From NCBI GenBank assembly GCA_964234715.1, contig OZ174280.1: a stretch of 64,000 nucleotides of DNA; one strand, written 5' to 3'. A program made the position numbers and the translations under genes. Shown here in pieces: positions 20,090 through 31,300 of the stretch. Position 1 is the stretch's first letter. Every line of letters begins with the position of its first letter. The notes below the pieces were generated by a model, which had not been told where the DNA came from, made no database searches, and saw nothing but the letters and a program-made list of their open reading frames with translations. Origin of the DNA: Podarcis melisellensis (Eukaryota).

Positions 20090-21250
20090 CTGAGAGCCGG
20101 CGAGGAACCTGTGATCTCCACCAATCCCGAAGACGCTCTCTCCGCGTTCCCTACTCTCCCACGTGACTTCTTGGAGAGCAGCCCCCCGTCCTGTTGCACT
20201 AAACGGGGCTGACGAGGGCGGCGGCGGCGGAGACGGCGGCCCGGGGAGCGGGCTGGCTGGGAATGGCTGGCCGGAGCTGGCAGGGGCGGCGCTGAGCGCG
20301 CAGGAGGCGGAGCTGCCGGCGCGCCCAAGCAGGCCTGATCCGCTCCCCGGTGTGGGCGCCGCTCATCGTCCTGCCTGGGCTCCGCTGTGCTGCCCGGGAT
20401 GGGGCGCAGGAGCCGCTGTTGCAGCTGGCCGGGCAGCCGCCCGCTCTGAGGCCGGGCCGGGCTGGGCTGGGGCCGGGGGAGCCGCCGCGCCGTCCCCTGA
20501 GCCGCCCGGCCCGGGCGCCGAGAGACAGCGGCGGCCCGGGCGCCGAGAGACAGCGGCACCACGAGCGCACGGCGCGGCCGGGAACGAGCAGGCGGTGAGC
20601 TGGAGCGAGCGGGGCCGAGCCGGGGAGGGAGTCCGCTGCTCGGGCGCGGGGAGCCCAGAGGGGCTGCACCCATCGCGGGCGGCGGGTGGGCGAAGAGAGA
20701 GACCCTGCCTTTGCGGCCGCCAGCCTCCTTTTGTTGTGGAGAAGGGGCTGGGTGTGTTCCCAGCAGGTCTTCCTCACACGGCTCCTCTCGGCGCCTCCAT
20801 CACCTGCACCCACCTCCGGGGTTCAGGGGCGCATCCCCAGGCGGGGCGCTTCCTCCGGCACCTCAGCCATGTTTCGTCTGATCACCCACTCCTGGGCAAA
20901 CTGGGCATTGTGTGGACCGATGGGCTTGGGCATAGGTGTGTCGAGAGGCGCGGATGGATGCTCTCGCGTGTACCGGTTCTCGGTGGTGTGCAGCGTAGAT
21001 GCGTGTCTCTAGAATAGATAACAGTTGTGCACGGATGTCTGTTTACAAGCAGGTACGTGGGCGAGAGTAAAGGTGTGCCTCTGGCTGTCTGTCTGCGCGT
21101 ATCTCTAGGATGCTGGCACTTGAGCCCCTCCCCCAGCCAGCCTCGCTCCCCCTCCCCCAAGATGGCTCCTGCACAATCCCCAAGGCGCTTCTTCGAGCAG
21201 AGAAAGGCTGGGGCTGTGTCTGGGCCGCCTGGGAATTGGGGAGGGGGGCG
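20090..21250 (+). promoter_or_regulatory. CpG island, promoter and non-coding first exon of B4GALT2
   Basis: Very high GC and CpG density. Candidate donor GCG|GTGAGC after 20594. Lies upstream of the first coding exon (acceptor before 28325). Confidence 0.8.
20507..20556 (+). repeat. Perfect 25-bp tandem duplication (CGGCCCGGGCGCCGAGAGACAGCGG x2)
   Basis: Units 20507-20531 and 20532-20556 are identical. Confidence 0.9.
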
Positions 21251-24200
21251 CTCTGGCACCTGCTGCACAAGCTTGTTCTCAGCCCCTCCGCCTCTGGGCC
21301 GGATCACTTTTGAGGTTCTTCTACCCGTTTGAGGTTCCTGACAAGACGGGGGATTTCCTGTTCCAGGCAGGGGGATCCGTGGAGAAACAATGTAGCCTTT
21401 CTCTTAGGAAAAGGGAAGGGGCAGCTGCTTTTAGGAACGAGGGGCCTCACAGCCAAGGCAGCCCAGGCGGAAAATAATGGAGCTTGTATATGTTTACCAG
21501 GCTGTGTGGAACAGAATGGCCTTGTTGCTGTCTTTTGGATCAGTTTTGCAAAAAAAGAAGAAGAGAGGAATAAACACACACACACAACAGCAACCCTTGG
21601 CTGGCATCCACTTACCTTTCCCAGAGCTTCCCCATGGGCTTGTCTTCAGCCAACTGGTTTTTTGCCCCTTGGGAGCCCATATGGGACTAGGGGCTAGCAC
21701 TATATATAGCCTAGAAATGTGTGTGCCTGGGAAGCAGGGGGCTCTGTGCTGCCTCTGCCTTCCTGCAGGCACCATTTACGAATGTTTCACTTTCCTGTTT
21801 TCACAGATAGGTAGATAGGTAACTTTCCAAAACAGGTAACTGTTAGGGATGCTTATGCCAAGTCAGGTCAGCAAGGAACATTATTGACCCGAGACTATGT
21901 TTTCTGACTCCAGTTAAAACCTGGATATTTTTTAATGCCCACAAATTGTATAAACATTGGTGTCTGCTCTCTGGTGATCATCAGGCAGAAGACAAGACTG
22001 AATTTCCAGATAAATTATTCACAGCCAAGAAGCAGCCCAGCTGCAGTCTGGCTCCATTAGTGGATTGTTAACATTGCAAAAGCCCATCTCTCCAGCTTTG
22101 CTAACTTGTATTTTGCACAGCTTGCCTGCACTCTGTTTGTACAATGGGCTATCCAGCTACATACTTAATCGAGGGGAAAGGAATGGAGAGACTCCTGTGA
22201 GGCAGGCAGACCTGGGATGCCATCTCATTTAAGAGGCTGCTGTAGATAATATCCTAGGAATAAGATGGTGGCTAATGGGCTCCTGCAATGTGTACTAGCT
22301 TCACAAATAGTCTTTCTTGCCCCAGAGATGAGCTGTCTCTGACACACGGGCCAAGTTGCCACTTAAGCAGTTTCTGACTTCTGCCTCTGTTTCTCGTCCT
22401 CTTGTGTGAGAGGAGGCCAGGGGTTTTCTTGAATGCAGTGGATGTAGGTTGGCAAAGGAAGTATCTGAGGATGAACTAGGGGACCAGCAAAGCTCCTGGG
22501 AGGAGATAATTATATTCCTTTGGCACCCACTCCACTAGCCAGAGTGCAGCAAAGCCATAATTTTGAAGGAATTACATGATGGACTACAATTTTACCAGGC
22601 CCAGCTAGCATGTGCCATCTAGGGCTGTTTGGGAGTTATAGTTCAAAACTTTGGAGGGTGCTATGTTGACAAGGGCTGCTTTAGGACAAGAGACGTCTGG
22701 TTGACAGGTAAAACATAGTGGTTCTAGGATGCCAATGTGTATCCACATATTCTGTTTTGAGATATTTTGTTCCTTAAGAGGAGCCATCTTATTGTGAACA
22801 AGGATGTGTCTGGACTGGTTTTCTTAATCTTCAGGTTCCCAGTGGCAGACTTTGGATCCCCAAATTTCAGTGGCACCCTGTGTGATGCTAAACTTTGGTT
22901 CCCCCCTCTCATGCCCCATTCTACATCACTGTTGTGGTGCCCCCCTGTGGTGCCAGTTCCTAGTGCGGCCAAACTGGCTGCGCTACCTTAAAACTACCCT
23001 TCCATTTAAGCAAGGCCTTGTTATCTTCACCACGAATAGAGCAAACTCTGGTGAGGTTATTCATCTAGCAGACTCAGCAAGGCACTGGGATGCTGTCCTG
23101 GCACACGTTCTGAGAAATGGCTACTTTTGAGATTCCAGCTCTGCAATGTGGTTGGAGTAGAGCAAGTGCACCCGGCCCATTGCGAACCGTTAGGAAGCTA
23201 CATGGCCCTGAGACCAGTGTGATGTGCTCTGCAGCCCGCTTCTGCTTGGAGCATGACACATATACAGCAGTGGTGCTGGTGTCAGTTGGTTTGGCAAGGA
23301 AGCTGCAAATTTGTACGGGGCTTCATTCATTCCCTGAACCATCAGAATGCCCCTGGCTATGTTGTCTTCTGCTCTTGAGCTCTCCTTAGTGTATGCTTTG
23401 TTGGGTGTGCCGTAGTGGCAGGTGAGATGTGTGAATCTCTGGAATGGGAATTGTTGCTTCAGCTCAGTTGTTTATATTGTTCCTCTCATTGCACTTTCCT
23501 CACTGTGTCCTGGAGCAAGTAAGTAGGGTGTTTGGGACATGCAAGGTTAAAATTAAATGAGAGTGCCTTATAAATCCTTTTTCCACTCTGCTGCATTCAC
23601 AATAAACATACTTAGGGGCATCACTAGGACCTTAAAATACTCAGGGCACATGCCCATGATATATATTTGCATATGTTAATTTCCGTTCATGTGTAGGTGT
23701 AAATTTAGGCTCCCTTTCAAAGGGAAAGCTAGCCTGTAAGCAAAATGGTTTTGAAAAGAAAAAAAGAGAGAGGGGGGCAAGAGATCTAGGACCTAGTGCA
23801 AAAGATCCAGGACTCAAGACTTCTGTTCTATCCCCCATATAATGTCCCAGCATGTATTTCAGAAGTTGTGAAAAGCTGTGGTTTGTGTGCCAGGGTGAAC
23901 ACTGTCGTTTTAGTTCAACTCTTTTCAACCCCTAGCTCACAGCTGATATAAAAACTCCCTGCTCATAGAAATGTGGGTGTTTGGGAGAAATCCATGCTTT
24001 CCCTGACATTTACATTACTTTGTGGGTGCATTTTTCCCCATGGGAAAGCATTCAACCTCACTCCAAACCTTAAGGTCAGATGATAGATCTTTAGGAATAG
24101 TGTTACAATTTAATCTGTTGGTTGTGTGATCTAGACCTGGATGAAGTGAAGATTCCTATCCATTAGGGTTGCATCCAAAGCAGCATCAACAGAGTCCTGC

Positions 24201-24520
24201 TGGCAACAGTGGCACTTCTGTTTCTTCTCCTACCCCTGGTGTTCCCCCAAAATCTTCTCCAGAGGGTTCCCCAATCCTCCAGAGCTGATTGTGCATGTGG
24301 AGCTGAATGGGAGAGGAGGTTCCATTCCATTAGCACAAGGTCTTTTGTACCAGTGGAACAGGAGCGTTGGACAATGCCCACAGTCATTGTGAATTTGGAG
24401 GCAGAAGGAAGTAGTGATGATCAACTGATTGTTGTAAAATGAATACAGGAGTGTTTTCTTGTGCATACATATTTTGGAAAGAGTGACTAGTCCCACACCC
24501 ACCACCAAAAATTTATTCTG

Positions 24521-24670
24521 ACAGCTCAATTAAAAGAGCATGAGACTCATAATCTCAGGGTCATGGTCAAGGGTTCAAGCCCCATGTTGGGTGAAAGATT
24601 CCATTGCAGGTGGTTGGACTAGAATAGATGATCCTTGTGGTCCCTTCCAACTCTACAATTCTATGATTCT
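24521..24670 (+). mobile_element. tRNA-Lys-derived SINE with CR1-type 3' tail
   Basis: Head AGCTCA..GAGCATGAGACTCATAATCTCAGGGTC..GGTTCAAGCCCCATGTTGGG resembles tRNA-Lys(CTT). Tail GGTTGGACTAGA..GGTCCCTTCCAACTCTACAATTCTATGATTCT is the CR1 3' end. Confidence 0.75.
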
Positions 24671-25088
24671 GTTATTCACTGCCTCCCCATGTAAGGAGAG
24701 AGTTATTGGCTTCTTCCCTTTTTGTGAGGGTCATAGAACTCTATAGTGCAGTAGTAAGGCAGAAAGTCTGCTGTTTCAGTCACAAAGGATGAAAGAGATT
24801 TTATGGGATTAAGGTATGTGGGTGAATGTACTGAATATGCAGCTGTCTAACATGCTAAATGCTTTGTGATTAGCCCAGCATTTGCCTGAATGAAACAGCT
24901 TATTATAACTTTCCTCTGTATTAAGCTGAGAGCCAGGTGCTTTGTCCTGGTGCCTGAAGTAGTTACTTGAAAACTCCTATTTCCTTCCATCAATGGCAGT
25001 GAGTGCAGTGAAATGTTTGACTTTGGCATAAGGTAAGACTCCAAATAAATAAATCTATTGTTATAGAGACTTTATTCTTCTTCTAACA

Positions 25089-25224
25089 CAGGGTTGCAGA
25101 ACCCCTGGCCCTCCAGATGTTTCTGAAATACCCATCAGCCCCAGCGCAGAAATGGACAGTGGACAGGGATGATGGGTGTTGTATTTCAAGCAACATCAGG
25201 AGGGCCAAAAGTTCTCCACCCCTG
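25089..25224. mobile_element. hAT (Buster/Charlie-type) MITE
   Basis: CAGGG..CCCTG termini with a perfect 8-bp TSD TTCTAACA at 25081-25088 and 25225-25232. Confidence 0.8.
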
Positions 25225-26628
25225 TTCTAACAAAACCTACTTACACACAGTCCCATGTTCAGTACTTCCTAACATTTCAAACAGCTAGAATGAATTAAAG
25301 GAGCAGGTTTATTATTATTTTTAAGCTGATATTTCATGCACAGTAACTTGAGATGATGATGATGATTATATATTTATGCCCTGCACTTTTCCCTCACAGG
25401 GATTGTGAAGGTCTAGGCGGGGAAACAAAAATATTTGGAGGGGATATCCAGTTCCACACCAAAAAGCCTTACCCTGCCCCCTAAAGTGAAAAAATAGGCT
25501 TATGAAACATTTTCTTTTGGAATGGTGGATAGAGTTTTACTCCCCAAAATGATTTCTAAAAACTTCATAATAGGAAGACTTTTATGTAAGACTTTGTACA
25601 GTACAAGATCCTTACAATATTATTCCTGTACACTTAGAAGTTGCACACTGAAAGCACAATTCTCAAATGCAAAAGCAAGTTTCATTGCTACCTCTGTGAG
25701 GCACTGCAATTGACATGTGAAAGATCCAGTTACTTTGCTTGTCGGCTTCCTCTTGTTGGCACAGTTGTTGGGTTTGTTTCTGTGCTCTTGCCTGGGCCTC
25801 AAAGGACTGTGGGTGTGAGTGGAGAAAGTAGAGGTTTTAGAAGTCTCTGATAAATATGACGACAGATATTAAGAAGCGGAAACTGATGGCAATAGCTCTG
25901 AAAATGAGACTGATTAAATTCCATGTAATATGCATTGAGTCTTGGTCACCCTCTTTCCCCCTCTCAGTTCTTTTTATGGAATTGAGTGCTTTATGTCTGC
26001 TTGACACTGGAAGTCTGGAGGAGACAATAATATTCTTTGTCTTGCTATAATGTTGATGATTCATTCTCTCTGTATAGTGTTTTGCCTGCTCCTCATAAAC
26101 TGGTAGAACCAAAGAGATGCTAGGTTCCTTACAGCCTTCTTGACCATTTGGCCCACTATTGGTCTCTTCTGCTGAACATATTGGAGCTTGTCTTTGCATA
26201 CAGGGAAAGTCCTTAACTTACTGAGCATTTGAGATCCATTGGCCACCCTTACCTGGTTTAGCCAGCCAGTTGAAGCCATTTCCTGGAGTGTGCCACTGTC
26301 ACATTCTGACAGCCTATAGGAGCCACAGGTGAGAGCTGAGTGCAGGGTGGGAACCAAATGTGGACAAACTTTCCCAGAAAGAGCTTTACAACTCCCCTGC
26401 CAGAGGTACTCCTCCTCCCCTAACACCCCTCAATCTGCATAGTGCATTAAAAAAGTATTGCAAATGTTTCAGGGTCCCCAGAAATGTCTGTTTTGAGGTA
26501 GTGGTGGGGAAAACCCTGGGTTTTTAAATCATGGCTTCAATATTTCCAGAAAATTTACTTCTCTAGTTAGACCTTAGACTCCTTGGGAATCCTGAGAGTG
26601 CCATCCTAACCATTCCTATTCAGAAGTA

Positions 26629-26970
26629 AAGGTACCCTTGACCATTAGGTCCAGTCGTGTACAACTCTGGGGTTGCAGCGCTCATCTCGCTCTATAGGCC
26701 GAGGGAGCCAGTGTTTGTCTGCAGACAGGTCATGTGGCCAGCATGACTAAGCCGCTTCTGGCAAAACCAGAGCAGCGTAAGGAAAGTCGTTTACCTTCCT
26801 GCCGGAGCAGTACCTATTTATCTACTTGCACTTTGATGTGCTTTCAACAGCCTATAGGAGCTGGAACTGAACAATGGGAGCTCACCCCATTGTGGGGATT
26901 CAAACTGCCGACCTTCCGATTGGCAAGCCCTAGGGTCAGTGGTTTAGACCACAGCGCCTCACGCGTCCTT
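26629..26970 (-). mobile_element. Sauria SINE (squamate-specific)
   Basis: Minus-strand tRNA-like head GGACGCGTGAGGCGCTGTGGTCTAAACC..GTTTGAATCCCC, the typical core (CATGCTGGCCACATGACC, GAGATGAGCGCTGCAACCCCAGAG), an ACCTTTAC tail, and a TSD CTATTCA(G/A)AAGTA at 26616-26628 and 26971-26983. Confidence 0.88.
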
Positions 26971-26983
26971 CTATTCAAAAGTA

Positions 26984-27242
26984 CCGAATTTTTCGCTCTA
27001 TAAGACGCACCAGACCATAAGACGCACCTAGTTATTGGAGGAGGAAAACTAAGAAAAATAAATTCTGAATCTCAGAAGCCAGAACAACAAGAGGGATCGC
27101 TGCGCAGCAAAAGCAGCGGTCCCTCTTGCTGTTCTGGCTTCTAGGATAGCTGCACAGCCTGCATTCACTCCATAAGATGCACACACATTTCCCCTTACTT
27201 TTTAGGAGGTAAAAAGTGAGTCTTATAGAGCAAAAAATATGG
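26984..27242. mobile_element. Tc1/mariner-type MITE, copy 1
   Basis: TA|CCGAATTTTTCGCTCTATAAGAC ... GTCTTATAGAGCAAAAAATATGG|TA inverted termini with a TA TSD. Confidence 0.82.
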
Positions 27243-28391
27243 TATGGTAAGTCCTATTAAACACAGTGGGGCTTACTCAGATAATTGGGGCTAGGAGTGC
27301 AGCCCTGCTCTGCATTCTGTTCTTTCTGCCTGCTTTCTGCTATTATCCTACAAATTCATTTTCACAGATGGGGGGGGGGGAGATCCTGCTGATAAGGATA
27401 AGATCAGATACTCTTCACATGTGTGCAATTGTGCCTTAGATCCAGCTTGCCTTTTTTTATCCCCTCCACACACACAAAAGGGACTCCAGCATGGGATGGC
27501 AGGATTTCAAAGTGAAAGTGGAACAGCCCCTCTTCAATAAAGCTCCTGTTGAGAATTGTTCCCTTCCAAATGCTGTGGAACTGGTGCCTTTTTCTGATAA
27601 GAGGTGTGATGATGGGTGATTGATCTGTGTTATCTGTCATGTCTGTGTGTGCAGGATGTAGGTCTTTGAGGGAGCAAAGGATAATTGAATACAGAAAAGG
27701 GGGCGTAGGGGGTGCTGGTCTGGTGTGGTAAAGGTCTAGTTCGAGCTGGTATCTGAGTCGCTGTTGGAGAGATAAGACAGGCCCTGGTCCCTGGAAAGGG
27801 ATGCACTGCCTAACTTGGATCATTCCCCTCTTGATTCCTGTGTCTGCCCTCCCCAAAGCTCAAGGGACATCTGCCCTTCTTCCATTTCTGATGTTAAGGG
27901 CAGGAGGATATCAGTGCTGGCAAGTGGGAAGCCCTCTCCTTCCTTCTTAATAACCCCTTGTTGAGTGCCAGCCCTTCATCTCTTTTGTTTTTGTTTCTTT
28001 GGCTGGCCTGCTTCTTGCCCATTTGCCAACATTTCTTTATAGGGGGAGATAGAATGTCAGGAGAGTTATTAGATTGAAAAAGCTCATCTACTTAGACTGG
28101 AATCAATGCCATAGTGTAAGCATGCATAGTCATTCTGCAGGTTGTGGGTGATGGTAGTGATAGGATGGCCACCCTTTCCCCATGAAACATGCCCAAAATT
28201 CATGGGGAAGACAGAAAGGGTAGTACTCGCTTGCCTTTAACACACTGTACTCTTATGAGAGTGATTGGTGGGTGCTGCTGGTAGGGAAGGTGTATTTGCT
28301 GACCCCTCCATCTTTCCCAAACAGGCTTGGTGCCTGGGCCAGAGCCCCCTACACTGTGCCCCCCTGATGCTGGCTGGCCTGTGCCCAGAAG

Positions 28392-31300
28392 ATGAGCAGA
28401 TTGCTGGTGGGAGTGACCCTGGAGAGGATCTGCAAAGCTGTGCTGCTCTTATGTTTACTGCACTTCCTCATCATCATGATCCTCTACTTTGATGTCTACG
28501 CCCAGCGCCTGGACTTTTTCAGTCGCTTCAATATGCGCAACTCCTCCCGCACTCTGCCCTACGTCAACGTCTCTCGGCCTAACGGGACCGCCGGGCCTCT
28601 GGGCCCTGAGCTCCTGGCCCCGAGTGTGAAGTCCGTCAGTATGAACAGCACTGTCACCGAGAAGCCCTTACCACCTTGCCCAGAGATGCCTCCTGGCCTA
28701 GGTAAGATTACAGATGAGCTCTGTCTGCCTCATGCCTAGTCCTACAGAAGGCCCTTTAGTAGGGAAACTGTATTGCAGTTATTGGGTTTATTTGTGCCCT
28801 GCTTGCCACCTGCTGTTTCCCTGTCAATGCAAATATGTCAAGTGGCTTTGGCTCCTGATAATAGGAACTAGAAGATCTAGGAATCTGCAGAACAGGCATG
28901 GTATTGCAAATCATAGGCTCCAATAGCCTCTACCATTGGAGCCAATCCTGCAGTGGAAAAACAGTTGGGAATATGTGGACAGTATTTGTTGAAAGCTGGC
29001 AAACTGAATAGTGTTCTTAGTATATTTACAGTGATCAGATAGCGGATTTTTTATTTCCCTTTTTGCCATGGCAACTCATTGTCTCTTTCCAACCCCACTG
29101 TACCTAGCTGGTGCCTTTCTGCAAGTGGGCTATAAGTAATTGGGGAAAGGGCTCAGCTTCTGCACAGACACGGCTTAGTAGGGGCTACAAGAGTTAGCTC
29201 CTTCTTATGCTGATCTCTTTGAATGAATGCATGACCAGCTTTCACTCACCTGATGCCCTCCAAATGTATTGGACTATAACATGGCTGCGGCTGATGAAAC
29301 GTAGCACAAAAACATCTGGAAAGCACCTGGTTAGTGAAGACCAAAGTAGACCATCTCCTCACCCTAGGGGGCGAAACATTTAAGGCATAGAGAACTTAAT
29401 AGCCTTATTCCTGACAGGTGAATAAAGAGTTGAAGCATAAGCTTTGGTACAGTGGTACTTCTGGATGTGAACGGGATCCATTCCGGAGCCCTGTTCGCAT
29501 CCTGAAGTGAACGCAACCCGCGTCTACGCGTGCGCGGGTCGTGATTCGCCACTTCCGTGCATGCGTGTTATGTCATTTTGACTGTCTGCGCATGTGCGAG
29601 TGTCAAAACCCGGGAAGGCCCCGTTACTTCCGGGTCGCCGCAACGCGCAACCCGAAAATACTCATCCCGAAGCTACTTTAACTCAAGGTATGACTGTATT
29701 GATATTTAACTGGGGCTAAAACTTTTATTAAACAATGCAATCTGCAACAAGCAACAACCTTTCCTGTTAACTCTGAATCACTTAGCGGGGTATTCAAGTT
29801 AACTCTGCTTTGACTGTTTGCTGTCTCTATGCTTGATACATGTGTCGGTATTTAGGTTTCTTTGCTGGTTTTTTTCTGGGCGGTGCCCCACCAACTTGGC
29901 TGGTGAAAGGGACATGAGCTGTTTGTGTAAGTCAAGAGGCTGTGGCTGATGCATAGATAATGGAGTCCTTTCTCCTGCAGTGGGCCGGCTCCTTATCGAG
30001 TTCAGCACTCCCATGAGCATGGAGCGGGTGCAACGGGAAAACCCAGATGTGCGGGAGGGCGGCAAGTATTCTCCCCCAGACTGTGTGCCTCGCCAGAAGG
30101 TGGCCATCCTCATTCCGTTCCGGCACCGGGAGCACCACCTCAAGTACTGGCTGCACTACCTGCACCCGATTCTACGGCGCCAGAAGGTGTCTTACGGCAT
30201 CTATATAATTAACCAGGTGCGTAGAGAATGATAATGTGGGGGCAGTGGTGCAGTTGGGTCATTGAGTATTCTGGACTGAATGGTCTCATGGGCATCCCCT
30301 TCAGATGGTAATGTGCATTACTTCAAAATATGGTGTTCCAGCCCTGCTGTGCTCCAAAGCAGAAGGAGTAGAGCCTGGATATCTGACCCAAAGTTCTGTC
30401 CTAATGGCACCACTGATGCGGAAGAGAGCAAGATGGTTGGGTTTAGAACATATTGCCATCCGGTTCCCTTGAGAGGAACCTGATTAGGGAAAGCGGTATG
30501 TTAGTTTTCATGAATATATGCCTCTCTGTTCTGAGTGGAAGCAAAGGCTTCCTGCTTTGTGGGGGAAGTTGAGTGTGGGCCTTACAATGCACCATGAACT
30601 TTGCACCTATGGTAAGTGTGGAATGTGACGTAGATGCTTCTCACTTGCTTCTTGTTTAAGAAAAAATCAGGCCTGCTCTCTGACATGACAATAAATCTGC
30701 AATACAGTTGGTGGGACTTTGCAAGATCTATAAAGGGAGATATAACAGTTCTAGAAAAAAATAGGAAAACAGTAGAATGTTATTCACAATGAAATGTAAC
30801 AAGCGAGAGGTCAGCCAGATGCATCAGGTAAGAGTAAAAGGGTTTGTGGCAGTTGATGTGATCCTGTCCTTCATTATCTTTCCGTACAGTTTGGTGAAGA
30901 CACCTTTAACCGAGCTAAGCTGTTGAATGTGGGCTTCCTAGAAGCCCTTCGAGATGATGAGAGCTATGACTGCTTCATCTTCAGCGATGTTGACCTGGTG
31001 CCCATGGATGACCGGAATCTCTATCGCTGTTATGACCAACCCCGGCACTTTGCTGTTGCCATGGATAAGTTTGGCTTCCGGTGAGTTTGTGCACTTTGAT
31101 CTTTTTTGAAATGCCAGTGGCCCCTTGAAAATGTTCAGAGTGTCAGAGGCAAAATTGAAGGAGGAATATATGACTTTATTGCACACATAACTTATGGGCT
31201 CTCATTCTGTGTGGCTTGGACATTGTGGGGACCTGCAAGCTGTGAAATGTGTTTCTTAACTAGATTGCAGTACAGGAACCTCCCCCATTCTTAAGACTAC

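Noticed and set aside
20065-21332. Several 100-284 aa ORFs on both strands
   Set aside because: Low-complexity Arg/Pro/Gly/Ala translations expected from a stop-poor CpG island. No domain is recognisable, and an in-frame stop in the next exon blocks extension of B4GALT2.
24523-24595. Possible tRNA-Lys gene
   Set aside because: The acceptor stem and D-arm are disrupted, there is an insertion before the T-arm, and it is fused to a CR1 tail, so it is a SINE.
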